NCBI GenBank assembly: GCA_951406725.2
Contig: OX597829.1
Location: 34,782,001-34,846,000 of the forward strand
Length of the DNA: 64,000 bases
Reading direction: 5' to 3'
DNA from: Octopus vulgaris
Lineage: Eukaryota
Every line of letters starts with the position of its first letter. The first letter of the stretch is position 1. The notes beneath the pieces are model-generated. The model worked only from the letters and a program-made list of their open reading frames with translations. It did not search any database and had not been told where the DNA came from. The translations under genes were made by a program, and so were the position numbers. Below are positions 37,380-51,433 of the stretch, piece by piece.

Positions 37380-37846
37380 TGAGGCCTTCAAATGTTGGGC
37401 CTCACAGAAGTAATGACGAAAGACCAAGACCTCTGGAGATATGCTGTGACTGCAAAGACATGACAAATGAAGTGAGTTCGTGGATCGCAGGACAGCCTGC
37501 TGTGCTTACCTTTGATTGTAGGGTGATCTGCTGTGCTTGAGGAGACCTATTGAGTCAAGTACATCAAAATAAAAATCAAATGGAAATTGTAGCTGTGATA
37601 TCTGTGCCGGTGGCACGTAAAAAGCACCATCCAAACATGGCCATTGCCAGCCTCCTCTAGCCCCTGTGCCAGAGTCATGTAAAAAGCACCCACTACACTC
37701 ACGGAGTGGTTGGTGTTAGGAAGGGCATCCAGCTGTTGAAACACAGCCAGATCAGACTGGAGCCTGGTGCAGCCTCCTGGCTTCCCAGACCCTGGTCGAA
37801 CCATCCAACCCATGCTAGCATGGCAAACGGACATTAAACGATGATG
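37380..37846 (+). mobile_element. RTE LINE 3' fragment, second subfamily, including the ORF end
   Basis: LGLTEVMTKDQDLWRYAV followed by the conserved tail. Confidence 0.85.
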
Positions 37847-38824
37847 GTGTGTGTGTGTGTGTGTGTGTGGATATGTGTATGTCTGAGTACATACATGCAC
37901 GTTTGTGTGTGTGTATGTACATGTATGTATACATGTTTGAGTGTGTACATATGTAGATGTTATGAACACAGGAGGTTTATGTCTATGTATTGTGAGAATA
38001 TGGTTGCATGTATTTTTATCTTTTCTTTTTCTCTTTTCTACCTATTAGAGTAACTTCCTGTTTATTCAATGATGTTTATAGTGTCTATTGTCCTTAATAG
38101 CTGATGAGAATACATTGTAGCTATTCACTCCAAGATTCTAAACTCCAAGTACTATAATGACAACTTACTGTTTGTTTTAAATTATAATATATATAAATAA
38201 TCCTTTATTTAATATCAAGGTCTCATTCTTTTGTTGTTACTTTTTATTATATATATATATATATATATATCATCATTGTTTTATGCCCAGTTTCCATGTT
38301 GGGATATGTTGGAATTTCACTGTCTGGGTCAGCATTTATGTGGGTGTACTGTTCACCTAGATGGGTCAGAGAACTGTATTTCACCTGTTTTATTTTTGGC
38401 TTGGTTTCTGCTGTTAGATACCCTTCATAACACCAACCACTTTGCAGAATGTACTAGATACGTTTTCCATGGCTCTAACACTATCTTTAACATGATTAAC
38501 AGGACCTCACAAACCCATGGCCTGCTCTCTTAGTAGTCATTTTACCAAGTCTGTGGAATGTGTTTTAGGTACATGAATGATAAATAAGAGACGTATGCAA
38601 TAGGTAGACGGTTTATAGGAATACTCGGTATTCTGAGATATGTATAGTCAAGGCCATATGGCCAAGATGATAGAGCAATGACAAAAGTTAACATGACTCA
38701 AGGGACTGAACAATAAAAGCAACCGATTACAACTGGCCCAATGTAGTCTCCTTTACATAGACTTGTCTGTCTGCTTGTCTACCTGTCAGTCTCTCAATCA
38801 ATAAATACATACGTGAGTGCGCGC

Positions 38825-38878
<54 letters not shown>

Positions 38879-38879
38879 A

Positions 38880-39222
38880 GGGTAAAGCCATACCCCTTTG
38901 GTTATGAATGACCATGGGATTACACCTAGAAAGTTCCCTTCTGAAGCATAAGTCTGGGCAAGGTTGTTTGTGGAAGACCAGCAGTTGCCCATGCATACCA
39001 GTGTCCCCTCTCTACACCACTGATGTTGTCCAAGGTAAAGGCAAAGACCAATACAGCTTGGCATCTGTGATGTCACAACTCGTTTCTACAGCTGAGTGGA
39101 CTGGAGCAATGTGAAATAAAGTGTCTTGCTTAAGAACACAACACACAGCCCAGCCATGGAAGCGAACTCACTACCTCATGATTTTGAGCCCAATGTTCTA
39201 ACCACTGAACCATGTGCCTCCA
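38880..39222 (-). mobile_element. SINE family C
   Basis: Colinear with 56052-56395. Confidence 0.85.
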
Positions 39223-39261
39223 CCCATGCTAGCATAAAAAGCGGATGTTAAACGATGATGA

Positions 39262-39310
<49 letters not shown>

Positions 39311-39678
39311 TATATATATACTTTATTTAAAGCAGCAGAAAATTCAACAAAACCTGTTACTCTGAGTTTCCTGTTGCCGTTCATTGGACAGTTTTTGCTA
39401 GAATGGAACCGATATGTCAATTCTATCCAGACTATTACAAACGCTACACCTTTAAAAATGGACTTCTTTGATTGGCCCTTTAGAAATAACGGTCAATTTT
39501 CAAGCGATAAACAAAAATGAGCTCAAATATATATGTATAAAAATTATAAAAATTATAAAATTCGAGGAAAAACCTTACATTGAATAAAATACATATTGAC
39601 CTTAATGAAGGTCAATATATATATATATATAGATATATATATATATATATATAAAAAATACACTTATATTTACTTCAG

Positions 39679-39800
39679 GTGAACTACCTCCACTAGCTGC
39701 AGCCTCCCTTTGGACCAGAGGTGAGATGAAGGAGTTCAAATCTGCTCTTAGTCAAGAGAAGGACTGCGTCATCAGGGTTGGATCAGGCGAAACTGTCACG
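39679..39800 (+). CDS. ACBD3: ACBD3 coding exon 7 (unique region and start of GOLD); not in the ORF track
   Basis: TTCAG acceptor; ELPPLAAASLWTRGEMKEFKSALSQEKDCVIRVGSGETVT; donor ACG|GTAAGT; phases 1 and 0. Confidence 0.95.
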
Positions 39801-41001
39801 GTAAGTGGTTTGACTTTGTGTATTTATAAATAGTAATATAAATATGCCTGCATGCATACAACCAATTCTAGAGAACCATCAAGGCATTTGATGGAGTCTA
39901 TTTCATATGTGTTCTTAATAAATGTGTACTGCTACATATGAAGTCTACTTTCTCTATTTGCTTACTTGCAATTCCACTGCACTTCATGAAATATCTCTCA
40001 ACTCCTTTATTTCATATTAAGCATAGCCATTTCTCTGATGGTTGCAGCGTCTTTACTTTTTCATTGTGCTGCATTTCATTACATATTGCCACCTACACCA
40101 AATTAACCATTCAACTAGTAAACCATACCCTTATCATCCCTCTGATGAGCAGCTGCACACCTCAATAAAGGTAGAACCTTATTCCAGAATTTTACTTGTA
40201 CAACTCCTGCTATAAGTGCAACAAAACAGTTAAGTCATAATTGATCATAGGTTCTTAATGATACACAATTTGAGATAATTCCAATTCAAATTTCCACCAA
40301 ACTTGGTGAGTTGCACAATAAATACAATGAGATTATCCTCCAGTTACAATTATGAACTTGTAGTGGGTGAACCACAAATTGTGTGTGTGTGTGTGTGTGT
40401 GTTTAATTCTAACTACAGTAAAAGAGTACTTAATACATGTTATACAGTTTATTTTCCCCTACTTGTTTCAGTCATTGTACTGTTATGCTGGGGGACCATC
40501 TTAATGAGTTTAGTTAGACAAATCATCCTCAGCAGTACTTATGTTTTCTTCTGAGCCTGGTACTTATTCTGTCATTCTCTTTTCACTAAACCATTAAATT
40601 ATGGGGATGTAAACAGACCAACACTGATTGTCAAGCAGTGGTGAGGAACACGCACAAACCCAAAGGTACACACACACACACACAGACGATGATCATCTTT
40701 CTGTTTCTGCCTACTGAATCCACTCGCTCTCTGAGTTTCTTCTTTAGTGTGTTCAGCAAGAACAATGAACTTCTAAAGGATTTTATTTGTTATTCATTTA
40801 CATTGGTTAGCTTTTGATCAGATGGTATTGCTTAGAGATGCTTTGTCAGAGCAGGTTGTACAGTTTGAGGGTTAAGGATCCTTGTGGAAAAGTCAAGTTA
40901 TTTGTACTGGAAGAGGAACTATTACTGCATAAGAATTAGTTAGGAATGAATTATCAACTTTAATTGATTATGTTTATTTATATACAAACACTATATTGCA
41001 G

Positions 41002-41188
41002 GTGAGGGTACCAACACACCAGGATGGTAGTTGCCTGTTTTGGGAGTTTGCTACAGACAGTTATGATATTGGCTTTGGAGTCTACTTTGAGTGGACCATC
41101 TCCCACTCAAATGCTGTTAGTATACATGTTAGCGATTCAAGTGATCCTGATGATGATGAAGAGGATGAAGATGACTTGGACGATGCAG
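41002..41188 (+). CDS. ACBD3: ACBD3 coding exon 8 (GOLD domain)
   Basis: GCAG acceptor; [32 protein letters not shown]..acidic run; donor CAG|GTAAAG; phases 0 and 1. Confidence 0.96.
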
Positions 41189-42370
41189 GTAAAGTGTTTT
41201 GTCAAATGTTATGCTGTTTGTGGTGGCATCTTTGAGTATTTAGTATGTATGAGTTGGTTGGGTGATAAATTTTTGTATCATAGTTAAATGCAATGCATGT
41301 GGGCAAGTTTTTGTATAACTATAGTGTTGTGCAAAGTGATCTTGATCTTGTGTTTATTATTGTGTGTGCTTGAATGAATGTCATGTTTGTTATGAGTTGA
41401 GGATTTGTCTTAACTTGTGTACTCACTTGTGCATTTTGAGTGAAACTAGTATAGATGATATTATTATATTTTTATCTGAGTATGACTTTTATATGGAGGA
41501 GCTTGTCTTAGTGACTAGTAGTGAATATAATGATATTGGTGTAATGGCTTTCATTTGAACAAAGTGTGTAGTTTGGTGTTGAGTATGTTTTCGGTGTCTG
41601 TCTTCAAAATGGAATGAATTTTTTCCCTTGTTAGTGAATTTCTGAGAAATTCAAGTGCTGTATGATACGAAGATATTCATGCAGTTTGATGAATTGCTTT
41701 CTTTGGTGAGTGCTTTGAACGAGTGAGGTGATAGTGTTTATGTAGTGACTATCATGTATTTTTAGTTTGGTGGAATGTTTTGTGCATGTATATATTTTGA
41801 ATGATGTGTTGTTTCATGTAAGCAACATCTTTGAATGACTTGTGCAATGATGATGTGAGGTGACTCATGTTGAGCATTATGAGTATTTGTGCTATTTATG
41901 AATGTTTAATGTAATTAACTTGAGTAATGTTTGAATGTATATCTCAGCAAAATGTATAATGAAGATGATAGTGATGTGATGGCTTTTTGCTATGCTTATA
42001 GATTGCAGTATGATGAAAGGGAAGTTTTGAGTCTATAATTTTTAGGGAGAAAGTGTGTGTATGAAGAGAGAGAGAGAGAGAGATTTTGAGTAGTTTGAGT
42101 TTGATGTTTATCAATACTGTGGTGTTGTGTGTAACACTAGTTGTTTTGTGAATGGAAATACTGTTTCATTCTAGTAGGTGTTACCCATGTCATGCTTTAT
42201 TCTTGTGTGGTTAGACTGGTATAACTATTATGTGTATTTAATGTATTATAGTTGATGTGATGGCTGTCATCCTGTGGTGGTAGAGAAGAATCTAGTTTGT
42301 GAAAGAATTGTGCTTCACTAGAGTGACTGCTAAAATTCAACATTTGTGCATGTATATATGTATATTACCG

Positions 42371-42950
42371 TCATCATCATCATTTAACATCTGTTTTCCA
42401 TGCTGGCATGGGCTGGCCGGTTTGACTGAGGTCTGGAGAGCCAGTGGCTGCACCAGGCTCCAATCTGATCTGGCAATGTTTCTACAGCTGGATGCCCTTT
42501 CTAACACAACCACTCTGAGAGTGTAGTGAGTGCTTTTTACGTGCCACCAGCACAGTCAGGTGGGCCTGGCATTGATCACGTTTGGATAGTGCTTTTTACA
42601 TGCCACCAGCACAGGGGCCAGTTAGAGGGTATTGGCATCGGTCATGTTTGGACGGTGCTTTTTACGTGCCACTGACACAAGAGCCAGTCAGTGGGTACTG
42701 GCATTGGCCACATTCGGTTGGTGCTTTTTACATGCCACTGGCACGGGAGCCAGTCAGGCAGACCTGGCATCAACCACGTTCGGATGGTGTTTTTTACGTG
42801 TATAGGTTGGATGGTTTGACTGAGGTCTGGAAAGCCAGTGGTTGCACAAGGCTCCAATCTTATCTGGCAATGTTACTACAGCTGGATGCCCTTCCTAACA
42901 CCAAACACTCTGAGAGTGTAGTGGGTGCTTTTAATGTGCCATCGGTGCAG
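42371..42950 (-). mobile_element. RTE 3' tail fragments, partly duplicated
   Basis: Two copies of GGTTTGACTGAGGTCTGG..ACAGCTGGATGCCC with short internal units. Confidence 0.8.
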
Positions 42951-43544
42951 GAGCTTGCTTCTTTCTCCCTTGATCTACTGTCCATATTTGCTCTTATACT
43001 TACTTTCTTGTATCTTGAGATGCTCTGGCATCTTGTCATTACCATTTCTATCTTCTTTCTGGCTGATCCCACCTCTATATAATGTGGGATATCATCATAT
43101 CTCCTCTATCACAAAACACCTGTATTTGATCCTCTATCATACTTTAGCCTTCCAACACCTCATACAAAGCTACCTTCTCTTCTTTCATATACATCTCCAT
43201 ACCCCACCCCCATATCAGTTGAGGAAGCTTCTTCCTTGTCTTGCAAGTCATTTAGTAATCTCACTCGTATCAGTAACACAAAAAAAAAACAGTATCCTGT
43301 ACATGCTATAAAGTGGAGGGTATTAGGATGAGTATTCAGTCGTAGAAACCATGCCACAACAGACATTGGAGCATCTGATCTATTGCCAGTATGGAATACA
43401 GACATTAAATGATGACAAAAATTACCACTGTGTATGATTGTATGTATGAATGTATGTATGTGAGTGTGTATGTATGTTTGTGTATATATATTTGTTTGTG
43501 TATATTTATGTATATATATAATCATTCACTTATCTTTCTTTTAG

Positions 43545-43858
43545 ATGCCAAATCACCAAATTCTGACCCAGAGAAAGGCCACACTTCTTCCACTGCAAAT
43601 ATTTCTGCTTTAGCCTCTGGTAGCACCAATTCACCATCAAGAGCAGCAGCCTCTAGCACAGGTCCAAGCAGTAGTAGCAATCAGCATCGTCCACCCACTG
43701 ATGAGATAATTCCAGTTTACAGGCGAGACTCTCACCTAGAGGTTTACTGCGGTAACCACGCGTATCCTGGACGGGGTGTATATCTGTTGAAGTTTGACAA
43801 TTCCTATTCACTTTGGCGTTCAAAGACACTTTACTATAGGGTGTATTATACAAGTTGA
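43545..43858 (+). CDS. ACBD3: ACBD3 coding exon 9 (GOLD C-terminus, stop)
   Basis: TTTTAG acceptor; [52 protein letters not shown], nearly the canonical ACBD3/TMED8 C-terminus. Confidence 0.97.
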
Positions 43859-43874
43859 ATGAGTGGTTGAATGA

Positions 43875-44360
43875 GGTGTGGGTGTTCAAGTTCAATAATT
43901 CTTATTGAGTGTGACACTTTAAGTCACTCTATGGGATGGGTGTATTATGCAAGTTGAGCATGAATGAGTTTGTGTAAGGCGGGAGGGTTGCTTGTGAGTT
44001 GTGTGGTTGTGTTATATAAGTTTGGCTGATAGTGGAGTGTTTGACAAATTTTGTTGGTTGTGTCTGGAATGGATTTGTTGACATTTGACAATGTGTACTT
44101 GCTATGGTATTACATTACACTCTACTATAGGGTGCACTGTACCAGCTGAATGTATGTTTGATTGGAGTAGAATTGGTATTAATTGTGGGTTGAGTTGAAG
44201 TTCAAACCCTTCTATTTAGTGTGTGACATATGAAGTCAGTCTGCTGCAGTACTCTACAGAAGTCATTCTACTACCTGTACTATACCAGTTGAGTGAATGT
44301 GTGGCTGTTATGGATTGACAATTCATATTTGCTATAATATATGAAGATATTTTAATAGAT
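43875..44360 (+). repeat. Decayed tandem copies of the last about 25 ACBD3 codons in the 3' UTR
   Basis: 44075-44149 reads LLTFDNVYLLWYYITLYYRVHCTS* versus [24 protein letters not shown]; further copies near 43882, 44192 and 44305. Confidence 0.85.
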
Positions 44361-44663
44361 GATAGAAGTAACAATTATTCAATGATGGGTTGTTTATAAT
44401 AAGTATTTTGTTTATTGAGGGCTTAGAGCTGTTTCTGTTCGAGGGATTGTTATTGTTTCGAGGTTTATTTTTTAAAGTTTGCTGGTGTTTCTTAACTTTG
44501 TGCCTGTGTGTGTTTGTGACTAAATATGTGTATGTATTATATGTTGATGTCCATATAAATGTGTGTATGTATTATATGTTGATATCCACACACACACATG
44601 CACTCGCACACAGATATAGATATAAAAAGATATATATATAAAAACTTATATACATACATAGAC

Positions 44664-44696
<33 letters not shown>

Positions 44697-45831
44697 TACA
44701 TTTTCAGATATATACATGCACACGTGTATATACATACACAAAAACATGTATATGTGTCTGTGTTTGTATGTATATATATATATATATATATATGAATATA
44801 TGTGTATCATTTGTGTGTGTGTGTGTGTGTGCGCACACACATATATACATACTCACACATATGTACTTTCATACATACTTATATAATACATGTCTAGTCT
44901 CCTGAAAAATTAAAGTGCTAACAGAATAATTGCGCAAGCCTGGCTGACTTGCATACTGGCTACATTTTCAGATTATGTATGTATGTGTGTGCATGCATGT
45001 GTAACATGAAGATTGCCTCATAGGACTATTTATATTGGTAGATGAACAGTTAGTGTCATAGATAGATTAGGATTGATATTCAGATTTCCTGTAAGGCTAG
45101 GGTAAGTGTAGCAACAGCTAATTTGGGATGTTGTTGTTGCCATTGTGACTTGTAGAGGATTTGTTCATTCTTTTCTTCTTTTTTAAATGATGCAAGGACA
45201 ACAGTGGAGCTCATGGGCTTCGGGTAATCGTAATACTGTATCGGGCTCTATATGAGGATCTAGAAGTGGAAGCTGAGTTGATTTATATAGGACTCTGATG
45301 GATTTATAATACCCTTAGTAAGGTTTATGTAAGGTCTTTAGGGTCTATAAAAATTTAATAGAGTCCATAAACTATAAAGCTCTGCAAAAGTCCTTAATAA
45401 GGAATTTTAAAGTTTTAATAAGGTCCTAGATATTTCTGTCTCTCTGTTTTACCCAACACAGTTTTTTTGACAGCTTTGTGTAGATCTTTCATTGTTAAGG
45501 GTCTCTAAGGTACTCCTGATAAGCAATGATGAGGTTAACTGTTTTGTCAGAGTTGATATGGAGTATCAACTGTCATCAAAGCAGAAAGCTTCTCACTAAA
45601 CTGTCCAGCTGTTTGTGTGGGGTATTTACTGCATTATTTGAGCTTTGTGTACTGATCAAAGAAGCGGTAAAGAAGTTTCCAAGCCAGCACAAAAGAGAAA
45701 CAGACAGACAGTCCAACAGACCAACTGAGGTGGCCCAACAAAGGATTAAAGAAAAATGAACAACAAAAGCAATGGGAAAACTGTGCACAAAAGCAATGGG
45801 AAAACTGTGCATAAGTTAGAATATGGAATTT

Positions 45832-45881
<50 letters not shown>

Positions 45882-46249
45882 GTGTGTTTATAACATATAT
45901 GTAATTGTGTGTGTATATATATATATATATATATGCATGCATATATATTATATACATATTCACTTACACACACACACACACTTTTATTTTACTTTACTCT
46001 TATTTTCATTGGTTCTTCTCACTGGTCTGTTGCCATGGTTGAGCTGGGTTGTCAATGTCGCTGCAGCCTTTCTTCTGTGCATTTGGGTGTTTGATGCTCC
46101 TGGCCTTATATATGTGTCTCTTGCTGGAATATTGACTCCTCTAGGATCTTACATTGTAGAAGGTCCAAATGTTATTTGAATGTGTTGACATTCCCACACC
46201 ATGTGATCCCTTATGTTAAATTAAAAGATATGTTAATGAGCTATGAATC

Positions 46250-46900
46250 CCCCCCAAGCTATCGCAGTATCCTAATCCTAATAAACAATGGAGAATATTT
46301 AAAATTTGGCACATTGCTACTCCCTCCAAGATCTTCCAAATATAAAAACTTCTGAATATTTCTCATTTCTTCACACCAGGGAGGTGAGTTTCAAAACTTA
46401 TTAACCTTTCTTAGTAATTCAGTGGATGAGGAGGCAAACTTTTACAATCTCATCAATAAGATTGACAGTATGGAGAGGCCAGCTGTGATTAGTAATCCAG
46501 ATAATTGACTTTCACATGTCTTCTTGTTCTAAATGTTCTTAAGATCTATCCTATCAGTTGCCTGCAAGATGTTGCCATCTTAGTAATATTCAATGATGCA
46601 TCCTTAGTCAATATGATTTTTAGGTCTTGGACAGTTTCTGACTCTGTGATTTCAATTCCTCCTAGCCCTTCCCCGTTATTTTTAATCTCAGCTGCAGAGT
46701 GTTAGGGGCTAAGTTGTACCTGCGTATATGATAGATGTACTTTGTGTATTGTTGACCTCATTAGGACTGTTGATGGCTTTGCTAATTTGGTATCATCGAT
46801 GCTGCAACTGACAGTGGACATTCTAATAATTGCAGAGACATTTGAGAGATAGATTGCAAACAATAATGGCTTGCAGCAATTTGATGGCTGCCTCAATATT
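46250..46900 (-). mobile_element. Degraded CR1-like RT remnant
   Basis: LLFAIYL..SIDDTKL, similar to FADDTKL. Confidence 0.5.
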
Positions 46901-46954
46901 TACAGTCATATATGTTAGTGTGTGTATACCTACCTACCTACCTACCTACTTACC

Positions 46955-47003
<49 letters not shown>

Positions 47004-48249
47004 TTTATTGGTATGTATGTGTGTATATGGATAAGCACAAATATCTAATCAGGGCACACACATACTCACAGACATATGCAGAAACATGAACACTGGAGCT
47101 ATAAACTTAATAAATATATATATATTTATATATATATATATATATTATCATTTGTCACTGGAAGCTTTTACAAATTTATTCTTTCCTATGTATAACAAAT
47201 GTTACATAAATGAATAAATAAATGAAATTGGTATATATATATATATTCACATGTGTTTTGTTGAATATTTTTTGTTTTTGTATATTATATGTATATTTCA
47301 AAAAATTTTTTTAATGTATAAATAGAATTTCTCTGTTCCATTTGGTTTTGCAACTAAGAAACCAAGAACATGACTGGCCTGTTACAACTCGTTCCTGATA
47401 ACCACCAACAATAAATCTTATGGGAGTTTGAACTGCTATTAACTGACGAGCATTTCCCTTGAATGATTGAAAATAATGATAGAGACAAGTGGGAACAACG
47501 ATAAGAAGCTGCCCTTATCAACTAAATTAATCTTGATTAGGTCGCTTCCTTTGTATGTTGTTGTACTCTTGACCTGTCTTAACCAACAGGAACCAAGCTT
47601 AAGAACAGCAACTACATTGCTGCCTTTTAAGTTGCTTTTGGTTAACTTTTCACTGTATTGCAATGTGGTAACTATATATCAATGAAGTAACATAAAATAA
47701 GAAAAAATTCAATACTATATATTGAGTAAATTCTATGCCTTGTCACATGGATAGATTGCCAAAGTGTCATTTGCTTCAGAGTATCTACCCATTATATATA
47801 TGTATATATATGTGTTCCTTGCACATGTGTTTCCACCTTGTATTTGGAAACTACAAAATGAACATCCACAAAACCACATATTTGCCATTTCATAGGGTTG
47901 TTATTTTGAGAAGTAAATAAATCTCCCTCAGACCATCAGGCCCTTATTTGTCAAGAAAGCAGATGGAGTAGTATTTAACAAACAAAAGCTCAAAGCCTAA
48001 AGTTGGGAAAATGGGGGTTGTATGAGTTGAGGAAAAATTCTAATGTATACATGTGTGATGTCAAATTATTTTTCTCTTTAATTTCTCTCTTTAAATAGAG
48101 AATGAGAGACTTATGAGAGAGAGAGAGATGATGGTGGTAGCTGTTCACCAGTTAATTTAGATAAACATCTCTTTGCACTCTCCTTAAGTGAACTATCAAA
48201 TCAAAGATATAGGAGTCAAAGCAGTGTAGTTTCCTAATCCCAATTGCTT

Positions 48250-48900
48250 TGCCAGTGACTTCAGGTTTACATCGAAAAGATTGAGATAATTCTCATTTTT
48301 AATTGTTCCCTCAATTCAGATTAATTTTCTTATGCCTTTAGCAGAAAGACAGCTCCTCAGCATTATACTGCGTCCACCATGTTTGATGGTAGGGATGATA
48401 TTCTTCGGATTGAAGGCTTCCTCTCTTTTCTTCTAATGATAGTCCTATTGTGAGCAAATCACTTGAGTTTTATTTCAGCAGACCACAGAAAAGGCTTCTT
48501 CAGAAAGTCCCTCGCAAACTTCAAATGAGCAGTCAAGTGCTTCTTCTACAACAATGGCATCTTCTGGGGACAACAGGCCTTCAAGCCACCTGTATTGAAA
48601 GTTTGAGCAATCATTGACCTAGAAGCATGAACTCTGTTAGCTATCAAATTGGCTTTGATTTTTGTAACAGTTATCTTAGGATCTTTGTTGACCATTTTAA
48701 TTAACATCTGCTCATCTTGTTCTGAAAAGAGCTTCTTGGTGGAGGTAGTTTGTTCTCCAACCAACTGGTATCTCAATGTTCCATGGTTATGTTACAAACA
48801 GTTGATCTAGCCATATTGAAATTCTTAGATATTGTCTTATACCAATCTCCTGCAGTATGAGCATCAACGATTATCACCAGATGTCCTCTTTTGGCAAAAT
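48250..48900 (-). mobile_element. Degraded Tc1-like transposase
   Basis: - strand AFNPKNIIPTIKHGGRSIM; ORF 48546-48776 has VNKDPKIT..GLKACCPQKMPLL. Confidence 0.8.
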
Positions 48901-49013
48901 TTGTGCTTTAGTTGTTAACATTATTGTGGTATAAAGAGTATTGTTGTTGACATCCTATTTTAATGAGAAATTCAATAAAAACCCATTTTTGATAAGGGGT
49001 GTGCATATGTGTG

Positions 49014-49053
<40 letters not shown>

Positions 49054-49056
<3 letters not shown>

Positions 49057-49234
49057 TCATCATTGTCGTTTAACATCTGCTTCACATGCTGGCATGGGTT
49101 GGATAGTTTGACTGAGGGCTGGCAAGCCAGAAGGCTGCACCAGGCTCCAATCTGATCTGGCAATGTTTCTACAGCTGGATGTCCTTCCTACTGCCAACCA
49201 CCCTGAGAGTGTAGCGGGTACTTTTTACATGCCA
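49054..49234 (-). mobile_element. RTE 3' tail fragment, followed by an old SINE A copy at about 49255-49580 (+)
   Basis: Reverse-complement conserved tail. Confidence 0.8.
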
Positions 49235-50251
49235 TGTGTATATTTATTTATATAGGTGCAGATGTGGTTGTCTGGGTTCAGTCCTACCTTTGGGCCAACC
49301 AAAGCTTTATGAATGGATTTAGTAGACAAAAACAAAGAAGCCTGTTGTATGTGTGTGTGTCTTTGTGTCTGTATATATAGTGCCCCCTTCACCACCACCA
49401 TTTGACAACCAGTGTTACTGTGTTTACATCCCAAAGACTTAGCAGTTCAGCAAAACAAACCAATAAAATAAGTACCAGGCTTTAAAAAAAGTACTGGAGT
49501 CAATTTGTTTGACTAAAATTCAAGGCCATACCCCGATATGGCCACAGTCTAACGACTGAAACAAGTAAGCGATAAAGATGTGCAGCACCTAATTATCCTT
49601 ACCACCAATCCTTTTGTCTCAATTAAAAACCTTACCCAGGAATTACTGGTTATCTCTACTGATGTATATGTATGTACATATGAGCAGTAGTATGCACACG
49701 TGTATATGCCTGGTGTTCTGGATTGCAATGCTGTGTGCTACATAAAATCATGAACTCAAGAAAAAGTGTGATTAGAATGAAAGGCAGACTTTATTACTAA
49801 AAAGAAAGAAGCACAGAAATCTGTTTTAAGATGTTGCTCAATGTGAAGAATGTATGTGTTCTCAACAGAACCTGCAATCCAGATTGACAGCAGTATAATA
49901 GCTATAACAATTAAGGATATGAAAGGAAGGTACCTTGTCCACCAGGAATTACGGCTGAGACATTGAAAATGTCTGGCAAACTATGGCTCAAGCTCACCAC
50001 CTGATTCATTGTCCACCAAGTAGTACAGAAAGACGTTATGCCCAAAGACTAGCATAGCAATATCCAGTGTATATCGTTAAAAATAAAATGTGCAACTAGG
50101 GTGGCAGGAAAAAGCATTTTTGATAATATTGTAATTCTAAAAGAAAAAGAAGCAGCTTACCTACAGCACAGATCATTAATGCACATAAAATGCAAGTTAC
50201 TAGTACAGTTGAATGGAAGTAGAAATCACAGTAGGCAAACAGGTAATAATA

Positions 50252-50487
50252 TTTATTTCTTTATTAACCACAAGGGGCTAAACACAGACGGGACAAACAA
50301 GGACAGACAAACGGATTAAGTCGATTACATTGACTCCAGTGCGTAACTGGTACTTAATTTATCGACCCTGAAAGGATGAAAGGCAAAGTCAACCTCGGCG
50401 GAATTTGAACTCAGAACGTAGCGGCAGATGAAATACGGCTATGCATTTCGCCCGGCGTGCTAACGTTTCTGCCAGCTCACCGCCATT
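50252..50487 (-). mobile_element. SINE family B
   Basis: Reverse complement of the 53267 copy. Confidence 0.9.
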
Positions 50488-50699
50488 TGAAGGTATAATG
50501 ATATAGATTACTGGAAGTAAATGATATTTGCACATCGATATAAAGGAAACAGGGAATAAAATACACATTGGTATTGCAACAGCCTGCCAGGCCACATAAA
50601 AACTTTAGCATATGCAGCATTAAATTAAAATCACCATTTGTGTATCAATAAATATTTACACACCATTTAGAAGACATAATGCTGGAGAATTGTCTTATC

Positions 50700-50918
50700 T
50701 TTTATCATTTACCTTTTAGTTTACCTTCAGTCATTGGACTGTGGCCATGTATATATGATGGGCTTCTTCCAGTTTCCGTCTACCAAATCCACTCACAAAG
50801 CTTTGGTTAGCCCAAAGCTATAGTAGAAGACACTTACCCATGGTGCCATGCAGTGGGAATGAACCCGGAACCATGTGGTTGGTAAGCAAGCTACTTACCA
50901 CACAGCCACTCCTGCGCC
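50700..50918 (-). mobile_element. SINE family A with internal deletion
   Basis: CTTACCACACAGCCACTCCTGCGCC head in reverse. Confidence 0.85.
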
Positions 50919-51379
50919 TGTAGGTTAGGTTAAGAATATAGTTTGTGAAAGGGTGTAATATGATATTTAAGGTCAGCAACCTGGGTGAGATAGATTTTTT
51001 GGTAGGCTAGAGTGGGGAGTAGGTGATATTTTATTATAGCAGGCTTAGAGAAGTGGGTAGCTAGGAGAGGACAGAAGATATATTAAGGATAAAAAATAAA
51101 GAAAGCAAAAAGTAAAAGCGAAGAAAAATAAATGCATACTTAAGGCCAATTAGGCATAGGCTCCTTGATTTCTTTGTATCGTCTGTCTGGATGTTCATAC
51201 ATGTATATATATATATATATAGAAATCAAATATAAAATATAAATTACAAAGTGGGACAAGAACACAAAAACACACAAAGAGACGACACAAAAAAACAGAC
51301 GGGTCACTGGGTCACTTGAAGCCTGTAATCTTCAGTTGGAACCTGGATCATCTTTGCAATTTCGGCTGTTTAATCTTGA

Positions 51380-51433
<54 letters not shown>

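Noticed and set aside
45763-45810. 24-bp tandem duplication (similar one at about 8839-8897)
   Set aside because: Ordinary local slippage duplications
51300-51380. Hammerhead (GAAA and CUGAAGA boxes on the - strand)
   Set aside because: Could not form stems I and II or an NUH site consistently
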